Shown one piece after another: positions 36,747 through 49,224 of a stretch of 64,000 bases of DNA. The notes beneath the pieces were generated by a model that was not told where the DNA came from, searched no databases, and worked only from the letters and a program-made list of their open reading frames with translations. Positions within the stretch are counted from its first letter, which is position 1. Each line of letters opens with the position of its first letter. This DNA comes from Marsupella aquatica (Eukaryota > Plantae > Marchantiophyta), in the NCBI GenBank assembly GCA_973895155.1, contig OZ316895.1, forward strand, positions 14,442,225 through 14,506,224. Direction: 5' to 3'. Both the position numbers and the translations under genes were made by a program.

Positions 36747-37842
36747 GGATTCCAATTCTGGTAGTAAAAGGTATGTAGAGTGCTGTCGCTCATCAGCCCT
36801 GGTGCAGATTCATCGCCTCAGACGGACAATGCATCTTATTGGCTCAAAGGAGTTCAAATTCCCTCCGTGACCACCAAGTACCTTAGCATTCCAGCTAGAA
36901 ACCAGTTCATACAGAGCACCTTTGAGAACATGGCAAGCAAACTGGAGACCCTAACCACAAACCAGATTAGGTTGAAAGGTACTGTATGTCTAGATCCCGC
37001 ACAGCAGCTAGCTCCGGAGCTTGGAAGAAGTGGTCTACAATAGACAAATTTCACAAATTGGAAATTGGAATTCTCCACAACTTCAGCAGACGCCAGAACT
37101 TTAGAGGAATTCTGATGCTTTCGTGGTAAGCCCCATGGCTGAAGGCCTGCTGCGGACAATTCCTCAAGAGTGGAGATGAGTCAATGACTTGCGCCGAATG
37201 TTTCTCAAGGAACAGTCCTCAAAGGAACGAATAGACCGCTCAGGCGCAGATTCACGGTAGAATTGCTCTTCTTCGAAACTCATCCTACGAGACTTAACTC
37301 GCGGGAAGGACAATGTCAGCGTCAAAGAATGAGATTGCTGATCAATTACCGCAGAAATATTAGCACTTCCACAGACGGAAGAATTCGATGTATTCGCTGC
37401 GATCCGAAGCTCAACAGGTACTCAAGTTGCAGCTGTAGCTGTTGCTATCTTTGTTGCCTGGCCCATCGCCTGCGAAAAAAGCTCTCTGAGAGTCAAGTTG
37501 CATTTCTTTGGAAGTTTTGCATATTTCTCAGTGGAACCTTCGGAACTGTAAATCACACTACCAAAAGCAAAAGGCACACATCACATCTGCGAGATCCCAA
37601 AGGCAGAAGTCCAAACAAAAGGGAGAAAATCTACTTTGGAAAGGGCTGAAAAACTTCTACTACCCTGCCCCGGTTGATAGGCCCAAATTGAATCCAAGAC
37701 CTCAACGAATCAAGCTTACAGCTGAAAGAGCTCACTCACAAAGCTAGACTTGATGCTGCGAGTTTCAATACTCCAAACCTCTCCGACAGATTCGAATTGG
37801 CATCCCATCACTCCACAGTAACTCCCCCGCTGCTGCCAGCGC

Positions 37843-37883
37843 AACTCGACTCAACTCCACCCAACTCAACTCAACTCAACTCA
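37843..37883. repeat. (CAACT)n microsatellite
   Basis: Imperfect CAACT run. Confidence 0.8.
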
Positions 37884-38499
37884 AAAGCTCGTGACAGAGA
37901 TTCTACAGGTGAAACAGCGCACCGCGAATGCATTACAGAGCGAGCACGGAATGCTTGTGACAAACTGATCGGAAATGGAATTAGCCGCTCCCTAGTAGAC
38001 CAGCAAAAGCTGTAGGCGACACTCAGAACACACTCCGTCCCAATAATTGCTCTCATTCTGCATCCGATTGGAATTAGCCGCCGCTCCCAGGGAGCAATCG
38101 AGCAATCGAGCACAACTCGACGGATCGCATTCATAGTAGATTCGGAAATTGGTTAGCCAATTACTTTACCGATTGTTGAATCCCCGCATGCACAATTGCA
38201 GGTAATGCAACCAGCCAACAAATTTGTGACGTAACGCGAGGCGGAGTACAGCGCACGGAAAATTGGGGCCGAGACTCGAGAGGGACCTATCGAGACAGAC
38301 AGATGATTGGGTGTCGCCGCCGTGATGACGCAGTCAAGGACGAAATGTAAAGACAGGACGAGCAGGCATCCAGTCACAACAACACCAGACGCAAAGCACT
38401 CCATTATTAGTCCATTATTATAGGGACTCTCAAACCACCTCATTCCCTGAGGTTTCCAGTGAGTCACTGACCGAAATATTGTGAGCTATTGTGTGTAAT

Positions 38500-40097
38500 T
38501 GTAAAGTGAGAGCAAACAGTCACCAGCAAAAAAAATCTTGCATGACCCCTATTTTTTTACATGCAAGTGCCTCACTATCAACTACCTGGTTAGTAACATC
38601 CCTTTTGGGGACTCCCTTCTTGCTAGCTAGCTTGCTAGCCATCTGGATTCTTAAAAAAAACACAAAAAATATAAAAGGCACCAAAAAGCAACTGAAATTT
38701 GGAACAATTATTGTCTCGCTATCAAAATCTCCTGTTTGCTCGCAACATAGAATACCTCGCTATTGTGAGCTGGGGTCACGGACCAAAAATATGTTGTTAT
38801 CTCTAAAGTTGACCATCACTAACTTGGGCGGTCAGTGCACTGCCATCCGCACCCAAAGTTACTTTGTGCATAATGTATCAGTGCCCTTTGAGAATTGTCA
38901 ACAACTATTCGGAAATTGATGGTGCGGGACCATGTTGAAACACATCTCAAACCTGAATCCATGTGGATTAGGGTGGCCGGAAAGTTGGATTTTGGTCTAG
39001 GTTGCGGACATACATTATTTAGAATGGCTGACTGAAAATAATCGGGAGAGAGCAAGTTTTGAGACCTTATATTACACTGCTGCCCTGCTCAGGAAGGACT
39101 CTTTGGATGATGACTTTTCTTTTTTGCCTTGCATAATCTTTTTGAGTTCCATCCAAAAGACACTATACAACAATTCAAGGAGACAAGTCCTTGGTTCCTA
39201 AGCCCGCTGCCCAAAAAAATCCAAGAATAGACATTTTCTCTAATTGTCACAAGAGTCTTCTCATCCCCACTTTTGGGTGGGGTTTTGTAAAGAGATGCAC
39301 GCCTACGTACAGGCATGTTTGAACTCAGTACCTCCACCTCCCCACTCGCATGACCAACCACCATGCTAGAGCCTACTGAACAAAAACATGGGAGAATTTT
39401 TAATTCTAAACCTGTTTTCATTGCAATTTTTTGGGGGCAGAGGGCAGAGGCCAGTGGGCAGCGGGTACAGATAGTCATCAATGGCTTTCCAAGGCCCCGT
39501 AGCCCTTGATGACTCTTCCTTGAGACCGGTCGTCTTACACCGCCCAAAAAAGTGTTTGCCACTTTCAGCAAAGAATTGTTAGATTCTTTGTACACCATTA
39601 GCCAGTTTCCCATCAAATCATGGACCCCATTTGCCAGAATCTATTGGTGGCCATAATCTAGGGATATCTAAGGTCAAGATATCTTCAGAAAAAACAGCTA
39701 CAGAACTTTTCCAGCAGAATGATGCCATACTCCCCAAAATTGAAAAACATTGCAAAATACTTGCCTGGTCACAACTTAGTTACTGTTTACATACAATCAT
39801 GACTAAGAGCTCTCTTGCATGTCAAGAGCCCAATTATCTTCTACTGCCATGAGGGTGGCTCTACAAGATGTTGGGGCATTTCAACTTTTTTTGGGTATCC
39901 AAGATTATTATTTTTGGTATTCAAGATCAATTTTTTGGGTATCCAAGATGTGACAGGGCCATACATTGGGGAGGAATAGGCGTTGTTCTTTTACAGCAGT
40001 TTCCTTCAAAAGTGTTGCCACTCCTACATGGAATGGAGTGGCCCCCAAAATTTTGCTTACATGGAGCACATTTTTGTCCCCAAGTCCACAAGTCAGC
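38500..40097 (-). pseudogene. Decayed, intron-containing repeated gene; possible 2OG-Fe(II) dioxygenase (TET/JBP-like) relic
   Basis: Stop-interrupted coding frames include a Cys-rich piece (CAPCKQ..H..PC...NCC) and YFQSAILNN...ATLIHMDS...NFRIVVDNSQRALIHY. The 3' part is repeated at 17320-17555. Confidence 0.35.
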
Positions 40098-40359
40098 CTG
40101 ACAGTTGGATTTTAAAGAATGATAATTGAATAAGTTGTGGAGATAGTGAGGGGTTGGGCATGGGAAAGGTACGCAGGGGCACTGTAAGGCTCATTTTGTG
40201 GCTAAGAAAAATTGTCACCATAATTGAATAGAGCAAGAGTCTACTTCCAACCACAAAGACCATAATTGAATAGCCAGAAAGGATTCCTACCACAATGACA
40301 GCTAGTAAATTAACAACCCATGAGAAAGAAAGAGCAAGATTGTATATTGTAGATGTTAG

Positions 40360-40703
40360 TGTTGAGCATAGACGACATTCGTAACGGCAAGCCCATGAAT
40401 CATCCAACGCACAATAGTCGACACAGAGAGATACGTGGTTCACTTCCACATGAGGCTACGTCCACGGGAACACACAAGAGCTTTACTGCACTCTAGGCCG
40501 ACCGGCCATACCAAGCATCCACAGCACAAGCTCTCCCTATCTCTCAACTAGCTCCGTAACAATGAGCCTAAGTTCCACCAGGGTCTGGCATCAGCCCTGG
40601 CTATATACACAACAGCACTAGCGCTAACATTAGCTAAGTCCTAACCCAAGTTAGACTAACTGTGGTTAGCTCATGAGTCACAAGACTAGAGCAATATCTA
40701 ACA
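40360..40703 (-). repeat. 3' LTR
   Basis: Differs from 46821-47164 at 4 positions, all transitions. Confidence 0.97.
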
Positions 40704-40714
40704 AACTCCCCCTT
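40704..40714 (-). other. Polypurine tract
   Basis: AAGGGGGAGTT immediately before the 3' LTR on the minus strand. Confidence 0.85.
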
Positions 40715-40910
40715 GACTCTTGTCTTGGGGACTGGACTAAATGCTACCATATGGAATCTTCAGCGGGAAGTTCTAGACAATCACCAAACCAGGTCTCCCC
40801 CTAAAAACCACAAGGGTTAACTAAGGGTTAACTAGAACTAAGCCGTAGCCAAACAGGAATGAGTAATCCATATACAAATAGTCACACATTGCTAAATAAC
40901 TCTACTTGCA

Positions 40911-43900
40911 CTACAACTGCAAAACCTGCAAAGTAGCACGGTGTCTTGAGAAACTCTTCAAAGGAATCACTTTGGTAAAGGCATCAGCGGGATTGAGCTT
41001 TCCATCAATCTTGACTAGCTCAAAAGTTTTATCAGACACTGCTTGCCTGATAAAATGGTACCTGATATCAATGTGCTTCACCCTGCTATCCATCACCTGG
41101 TTAGCAGCCAAGTGAAGAGCACTCTGACTATCACAGTTTAGAGTCATTTTTCCATGCTCTGAACCCATCTCCGCGATCAACTTATCCAACCAAATTGCTT
41201 CCTTTGCTGCTTCTGCTGCTGCAACATACTCTGCTTCTGTAGTAGACTGAGATATGCACTTCTGCAAGGTAGATTTCCAACTGATACATCCTCCTCCAAG
41301 AGTGTATACAAACCCAGTTGTAGACCTCCTTGTATCCAGACAGCCTCCATAGTCAGAATCTACATAGCCAACTAACGTTCTATTTGATCTGTTATCAAAT
41401 AGTAATCCATAGTCCTGTGTACCCTTCAGATACCTGAGAATCCACTTCACAGCTTCCCAATGTACCTTCCCTGGATTTGACATGAATCTGCTAACCTTGC
41501 CCATCGCTAGGGCTAAGTCAGGCCTAGTACAAGTCATCAAATACATCAGACTGCCTACTGCCTTCTCATAACGAATCTTAGCCATCAAACCTTTCTCCAC
41601 AGCATCCGTAGGAGAGAAAGCCGATGATAACTTGAAATGTGAAGCTAAAGGAATACTCACTGGCTTACAGTTTTCCATGTTGAATCGTGCAAGTACTTTC
41701 CTCGCATACTGGCCTTGACTCAAACACAACTGTCCAGTCTCAGAGTTCCTAAAAATCTCCATTCCTAAGATCCTCTTGGCCTTACCAAGATCCTTCATCC
41801 TGAATTCAGCACTCAATTTTGCCTTGAGATTGTCAACCTCAAATTGATCTTTAGCCACAATCAGCATGTCATCCACATAGATCACCAGAATGATGAAACC
41901 AAATACATCATTCTTGACTGATTTCGTATACACACAAGGATCATACACCATCCTTGTAAAATCTTGAGCAAGCATGAAATCATCAAACCGCTTGTTCCAC
42001 TGTCTGGGAGACTGCTTCAATCCATACAAGGACTTGAGCAATCTGCAAACTAAGTTCTCTTGGCCTTTCTTCATAAAGCCTAGCGACTGTCTCATGAAGA
42101 TCATCTCGTCCAAGTTGCCATAGAGAAAAGCAGTAACAACATCCATCTGATCCATCACCAGATTAAAAAACACAACAAGCTGACACAAGATCCGAATTGT
42201 TGAATACTTAGCCACCGGTGAAAAGACCTCATTGTAGTCCACTCCTTTCTCCTGAGTGAACCCCTTGGCAACAAGCCTTGCCTTGTAGATCTTATCTCCA
42301 CCCTCTGAAGGACTGTCCTTCAACTTGTAAATCCACTTGCTGTCCACCACTTGCTGACCTCTTGGAAGCTCCACCAGCTCCCATGTCTTGTTGTCACTCA
42401 AAGATTGCAACTCCCTCTGCATTGCTGCATTCCACTCATGCTTTTGCTCTGAAGCACAAGCCTCACTGTACGAAGAAGGCTCTCCTTCTTCCAAGATCAA
42501 AGCCATGTCATCATCATCAGGTGCAATGTCAATATCATCTAGCTTAGATGAGTCTGCCCATTGACCATACCTGGTAGGAGCTCTAGTAGAACGACTGGAA
42601 GTTCTTCTAGTAGATGACTCAGGCTGATCTGTTGCTGTTGCTGGTTGAATTTGAGGTACCCTAGCAACAATCTGCTCCTCTTGTTCCATCACAGGAACCA
42701 GCTCCAAGCCCGGAGCTTCTCCATCTCTCCTGTCATGAACTGCATTATGACTAATCTCCCCCTCAACCCGGTCCGGGATGGGAGATTTCCCCTTGTCAGT
42801 CTGGGAGTCCTGAGAACTCTCCCCCTCCTTTGATGATCTGGACTCATTAAAGGACACATCTCTACTGACAATTAACTTATAGGTTACTGGATCCCATAAC
42901 CTATAACCCTTCACACCTTTCTGATAGCCAAGGAAAATGCACTTCTTTGACTTGGACTCCAGCTTGGATCGAAGCTGAGAAGGTGTAAGCACATAAGCAT
43001 CACATCCAAAAATCCTCAGATGTGAGTAATCTGTTGGACGCCCGTACCTCATTTCAAATGGCGTCTTGAATCCAATAGAACTGGATGGAGAAAATTTTAC
43101 CAAATAAGCTGCAGTGTTGACAGCTTCAGCCCAAAACTCATGTGGTAAGCATGATTGACTCAACATACTTCTCGAGCGGTCCAACAGTGTTCGATTGAGT
43201 CTCTCAGAAACACCGTTCTACTGAGGAGTATAACTTGTTGTGAGATGGCGGGTTATCCCCTGCTCCTTACAATACATTCCAAATTCCCCGGAACTGTATT
43301 CACCGCCATTATCCGATCGTAGATATCTCACCTTATTACCAGTTTGATTCTCAACTTGGGCTTTCCACTCCTTAAAAGTGGCAAAAACATCAGACTTACT
43401 GTGTAGAAAATATATCCACACATACCTTGAGTAATCGTCTATGAACGTGACATAATATAATCGTCCAGAATGTGAGGGAGTAGGGGCTGGACCCCACACA
43501 TCACTATGTACATACTCAAGTACCTCCTTGCTGGTGTGAGTTCCAACTCCGAAGGGTTTTCTGTGCTGCTTCCCTAGCACACAGTGCTCACAAAATTCTA
43601 ACTTACAAGACTGCAAATTAGAAAGTAATCCTTTCTTCTGAAGAATAACCAAACCTTTTTCACTCATGTGGCCCAAACGGAAGTGCCACAGCCGGGCCGT
43701 CTCCTCATGAGATAAGGTTGCATTGGCTTCATCACTGACTACATTGCCCTCCAAAACATATAGATTGCAATGTCTCTTTCCCTTCAATACAACTTTAGTA
43801 CCAGTTGAAACCTGAAGGACACCATTAGCAGAACTCCACTGATGGCCATTTGCTTCTAAAACTCCAAGTGAAATGAGATTTTTCATCATGCTGGGAATAT

Positions 43901-45185
43901 GTCTTACATTCCTCAACGTTCTCACAGCACCATCAAACATCTGAAATCTTACAGATCCAAGTCCAACAACTTGACATGGGATTCCATTTCCCATCAACAC
44001 TGACCCGTTGGAAACCGTGTAAGAACTGAAAAAATCTCTCCTAGAGCAAATGTGAAAAGTACATGCACTACCTAGAATCCAGTCATCACTACCTGGATTT
44101 GACACTACGTTGAGAGCATAACCTTGACATCACAATATGTCATCATCATCGAGTAAATCTACCTCATGCGAGCTCGATGCCGCGTTAGTAGAGGCAATAG
44201 GGACCTTTACTCGACAATCCCTTTTCATGTGGCCAGGCTTGCCACAATTCCAACATGCAAGAGGCTTCCTCTCTTGCGATTTCCCTCTGGATTTAGATCT
44301 CCCCCGTGATGTAGATCTAAACCTATTCTGTCCATTCGTGCGCTGCGCTGCTCTTCCCCTGTTCACATTGAGCGCAGTGCCAGAAGAAGATGCTGTCTGT
44401 GATTGACCCAGCTTCTTCTGAGCATCATCAGATAGTAATGAGCTCACCACCTCATTATACGAAATGGACTTCAGATCTCTATACAAGAGCACCTGTTTCA
44501 AGCCCTAATATGACGGCGGTAAGGAGCTTAGCAGAAGCAAGGCCTTATCCTCATCTTCAACTCCTTTTCCCAAGTTTGATAGATCCACCGCTAGACTGTC
44601 AAACTCATCCAGATGATCTTGCATCTTGCTCCCTTCCTTGAGCCTGAGGCTCATCAAGAGAGACTTCTTGTACAGCCGATCTGACGTATCTTCCCGGTAG
44701 TACTTCTCTCTTAGAGCCTTGAACAGTGATGCGCAATCCGCATAATCATCCAGCTGCTTGATGATGTGCGGCTTCAGATAAAGCATCACTGCATTAAAAG
44801 CAATCACCTGCTCCTGTCTCCACTGCTTTTCTGAGATCTCCTCCTCTCCATCATACTGCTCTCGCGAAGAGAGCAGATGAGCTAAGCCCATGGCCCGAAG
44901 AACACCCTTCACTTGCTTCTCCCACAGCAAGTAATCAGTACGACCATCATACTTCTCCACCTCAAACTTCACTCCTCCAAATCTAGCCATCTCCCTCTTC
45001 TTTCCCACTACCGATAGCTCTGGTAGTAACACAGCTTCCTCCACTGCACGCCGCACCGGTGATCGTACCGGTGTCACTAGTTCTTCCTCAAACGGTAGCA
45101 GCTCCTCCTCAGACTCTCCGTCTGACCATCGCGATCCTGAAGCTCCACCGACGCCAATTCTTCCAGTATCCTCCGAGTCACTCAT
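40911..45185 (-). pseudogene. Copia gag-pol polyprotein in one frame, broken by three in-frame stops
   Basis: Gag with zinc knuckle CWNCGKPGHMKRDC; protease WILGSAC (catalytic D replaced by G); integrase HFRLGH..CEHC, VHSDVWGP, LRSDNGGEY; RT YKARLVAKG, YVDD; RNase H YVDSD, KHIDIRYHFIR. Stops at 44505-07, 44130-32 and 43218-20. Confidence 0.95.
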
Positions 45186-46806
45186 ATGAAACAATCACGA
45201 AAAAACGTCTTTTTTCGAAACTTCTCATAAAACTCAAAACTCAACACCGCCGCGTAGCCCACGAAGCTAGGAGTCCAATACTGAAAGCCGAAATCAAAAT
45301 TGAAATTCGACGGAAAAGTTATTCAAATTTTGGTCGGGGTGGGTAAAACCTTGGGAAACTCCCCCGTTTTGACCACCTCGGAGAATAACCGAAATACCAA
45401 GTACAACCCGTCGTCGGAATCGCGATGTGATCGGTGCGCCGCGTTGCTAACTCCAGTGGCAACGTCCTCACCAAAAAAGAACCAAAAAAGTTACCGTTCG
45501 GCGGATGGAATCTTTGTCGGACGGCCGAAAAACAGCTCTCTGTTTTTCGGGAATATTCCCGCACAGTACAGCAGGTCTCACAGGGGGCCGTTCCCCCTGT
45601 CCAAGCGGTTAAAGTGCCGGGTCACCGGGCCCGGGGAGAGCCAATCAAAAAAGCCGGGAGGAAAGTTTAAAAAATTGGCCCTTAAAAGGGGGTTTAAGCC
45701 CCTTTAAAGAAAAATACGCCCAAAACGCGCATACGCGAGGCGGGCCAGACAGGGTACAGGGTATTCGTGTGGGATACAGGAGGGCGTGGGGGTGACTTTG
45801 CGGCCGTCGGGGCGGGCGTAGGCGCGGCCGGCTGCAGTCACCGGTGGTGTGCGGGGTCACAATCGGCGGCCACAACCCATGGCTGGCAGACTGCCGGCGG
45901 GAGGGAGCGCGTGGGCGGGGAGGGGGCGGTGAGGCGCACAAAGCGCTGGCCGGCGCTGCGTAGCCCGCCGCGGTCGCGGCTTCGACCAGGTACACGGGAG
46001 GCTGGAGCGCGACGGTATGCGGGCCGGGACGGGCGTAAACGTGTGTGTATACACACGTTTTTGTGTGTATAAACACACAAAACGTTTTTAAACCCCTCTA
46101 AAAGCAAAAGATGACCTCAACCCAAAAAATTTGAGTTCTCACCTTAATAGCCGCTGTTTCAAACGAGAAAAGCGAATGCCGCCAACAGGAAAAGTTGCCG
46201 AATTGTACCGGCACAGTCTGCAGCTCCTGTAGAGTAAAAAATTTCCACCACGTCGCCTTCACTCCGCGTCAAGTGCCAATCCCGGGCTCAAAACGACCGC
46301 CTCACCGCGATCAAACCGTTGAGCCGTGGCACTTCGCATCTCTTCCACCGAGTCGGACGGCACGAAGAGAAAACCGGTTCAGATGAGAACAAGCTCCATA
46401 GCTTGTGAAAAAAAACCTGAACGCCTCCTTTACTCGTCACGACGCACTCGGTAACAACTCGACAGCAATCCAGCTACCGAAATGACCAGTTCGCATCAAC
46501 CTTCAACTTAAGCTATAATGTGTGATCCCCCGAACACCGCACAGCTCACACCGTTGAACAACGCAAACTCTGGTCTCTCCCCCGAAAACCCGTCGAACAC
46601 GAATAAAACTTGAACGACGCAAACTTCAATTCCTCCGCACCACGGATACCGATCAGCGAGTTCTAACCACCGTTAGAAAGCCCTCTCACTAACCTATCCG
46701 CACAACCACATACATTTGAGTTTCATGCGATGAAACTCCGAATGTACCATCGACAATGAACGCTGGAAAAACCTGTCACGAAAAAACCTCGTCACCTCCC
46801 AGGCAT

Positions 46807-46818
46807 GCTCTGATACCA
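46807..46818 (-). other. Primer-binding site (tRNA-iMet)
   Basis: TGGTATCAGAGC 2 nt downstream of the 5' LTR on the minus strand. Confidence 0.95.
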
Positions 46819-46820
46819 CT

Positions 46821-47164
46821 TGTTGAGCATAGACGACATTCGTAACGGCAAGCCCGTGAACCATCCAACGCACAATAGTCGACACAGAGAGATACGTGGT
46901 TCACCTCCACATGAGGCTACGTCCACGGGAACACACAAGAGCTTTACTGCACTCTAGGCCGACCGGCCATACCAAGCATCCACAGCACAAGCTCTCCTTA
47001 TCTCTCAACTAGCTCCGTAACAATGAGCCTAAGTTCCACCAGGGTCTGGCATCAGCCCTGGCTATATACACAACAGCACTAGCGCTAACATTAGCTAAGT
47101 CCTAACCCAAGTTAGACTAACTGTGGTTAGCTCATGAGTCACAAGACTAGAGCAATATCTAACA
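46821..47164 (-). repeat. 5' LTR
   Basis: TGTTGAGC...CTAACA, adjacent to the PBS. Confidence 0.97.
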
Positions 47165-47184
47165 GTTAGTACTATACTTAGGGA

Positions 47185-47353
47185 GTCTCAAAGCTTCATA
47201 GTCACACATATGGCTTTTGGCCATAAACAAATAGCAATAGTTTGTCATAGGGCACTTGAAAAAAATCACTAGTCTCTAGAGTGACTTATGGTCCTCTCAT
47301 ATGACCAAGCTTGATGGCAGAAAGTTATGTTATATAGTGAATTTGGTACTCCA
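47185..47353. repeat. Dispersed repeat, inverted homolog of 61160-61331
   Basis: Reverse complement shares TACCAAATTCA..ATAACTTTCTGCCAT..GGTCATATG..GGCCAAAA.CCAT..CTATGAAGCTT with the 61.2-kb region. Confidence 0.7.
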
Positions 47354-47499
47354 TAACGTTTTTTGTAAGTAACCTGAACTACTAAGTAATTAAGTTAATA
47401 TACCAATCTTGATGGCAAAAAGTTGAAGATAGTGAATTTGAGTGGTGGGTCCCAGCACCCACGCCTAAGTGCCCCTGGTGCCCAAACGCCTCCACGGAA

Positions 47500-47771
47500 T
47501 GTTAAAAACCGTCAGCTCAGACGAGGCAACAATGCGGAACATGCACGAAATTGCACACAATCTCATTCTAGTATACCTACAAGACACCAATGATGAAGAA
47601 ACACTTGAAGGCTCATGAGGGAGAGAATGCTTTCCCTCCAACCTATACCCCCAAGGGGGACTAAGACGTGTGGGTCTAAATAAGTGGATCTTATCCTAAA
47701 CTAACCAAGGGTCAACTAACCCTAGCAAGGCCAAACTAACTAAAGTCAGGAACTTGAGTCAGTTCCTAACA
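47500..47771. mobile_element. Probable solo LTR of a second family (272 bp)
   Basis: TGTTA...CCTAACA ends with near-perfect TSD CGGAA/CAGAA. Confidence 0.6.
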
Positions 47772-49163
47772 CAGAACTCCTCGAGCAATCAACTTGATCC
47801 CCCTTGCGCTGATCGCGACCCCTTTCATACGAAGCCGCACTTGCTCCCTAACGCGACCGTTACTCAACAGTCCTCACAATCTGCACAAGCAACCAAGTAC
47901 CTCGGTAAGTAACCCAACAAGATCTAGATTTTCTCAAGTCTAGCATCCTAACTCAAACTCAACAGATATTTGGCAAGTAGGTCAACGATAGGTACTCCCG
48001 TTGCCATAAGCCGGAACCAAAGTCGACACCCACACTCGCACCCACAGCTCGTCCAGAACATCCCCTCTTTGGGTGCAGTCCGAGTTCCCCCTCATACCTA
48101 TTTATCACCAACTGACCGCCCTGCCCCAAGGACATGCTCATGGCCCAAATAACGTAGCTTGTCCTAAAGCTTGTACCAACACGCCGGGACCAGAATGACC
48201 CCTACTCTAGCAACCCACTCGTGGTTCTCACCTCACTGATGGCCTAGGGGCCAAGTGCCCTTGGAACTCAACCTCCATGCCTACTTGGTCTTGCCTCCCC
48301 AAAACAAGCTTCCTTGGAAGACTGAACGCGACTGACTGTTGTTTCAGTAGGATTTGGCAAGCGGGCAAGATAACTTCTGCAAACCCCGAGAACCCATAGC
48401 GCCCCTAGACCTAGTTGAGCTCAAGAGGATGTAGTCCTCTTGAGAGCTTTCCAATGCACCCAAGGTCCTCCAATAGACTTCCTGTTGAGAAGTTATTGTT
48501 GTTTCAGTTTGACGTTTTCCCTTAGTGAGATCATGACCGCCGCGACCCACAACTTTGGCTCGCCCTTAGCCCCTAGGGAGACACCACTCCCCTCATATAT
48601 GATTCTGGAGACCTGCCACCCTTAGAATTGCTTTGGTCCCCAAATTTTGGCCCCCCACCTAGACCCCAACCTGTATGTCTGGGCGCGCCATCAACTGGCT
48701 ATGCCCATAATTTTCTAGTTAGGCGTCCATAAGCAGAGTGCTTTAGCCTGTTGTGATTGGGCCAACCCAGTGCTCATGCCTAGGCCCTCAGAATCCGTCA
48801 TCCCCGAGACCCCCAATCGGCCAAACCCAGATCGGGCCGTAGCTCGTGCCCCAAGCGTCCGTTGCCAATGGAGTAAACACAATTTGCCTTGGGCCCAAGA
48901 GGAGCTCTCACTCAAGCCCTCATAACTCAAAGTCCGTCCGGGGGTCTAGATGGTCGACCATGAGTCCGGCCCTTTCCCCTTGACCCGACCAGTCCTCAGC
49001 TAGTCTAAGTCCTTAATGTGTGTCATCAGCTTAGCGCCTTGCCTTTGCTAGTGCCACGCCCCATTGCCCACAAGTCTCCCCATGCTAAGTACTCCTCGAA
49101 TGGCCATTTCGGGCCTGGACCATGGGGGAGCTCGGCATTGGAGTCAACGATGCCAGAGCTAAG
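47772..49163. mobile_element. Degenerate retroelement-like internal sequence
   Basis: GC-richer, stop-ridden sequence between LTR pieces; no intact domain recognised. Confidence 0.3.
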
Positions 49164-49224
49164 TGTTAAGGTACTCAAGTTCCGCGACTATTTTTGGGGG
49201 GATAATCCCTCTCCCGAGACACCA

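Larger units (their letters stand above)
40360..47164 (-). mobile_element. Full-length Ty1/copia LTR retrotransposon (6805 bp)
   Basis: 344-bp TG...CA LTRs, TSD GTTAG (40355-59 and 47165-69), tRNA-iMet PBS, PPT, domain order gag-PR-INT-RT-RH. Confidence 0.98.

Noticed and set aside
45300-46107. Extra ORFs (env-like or antisense gene) in the copia leader
   Set aside because: Short overlapping ORFs are expected in GC-rich DNA; no TM segment or recognisable domain.
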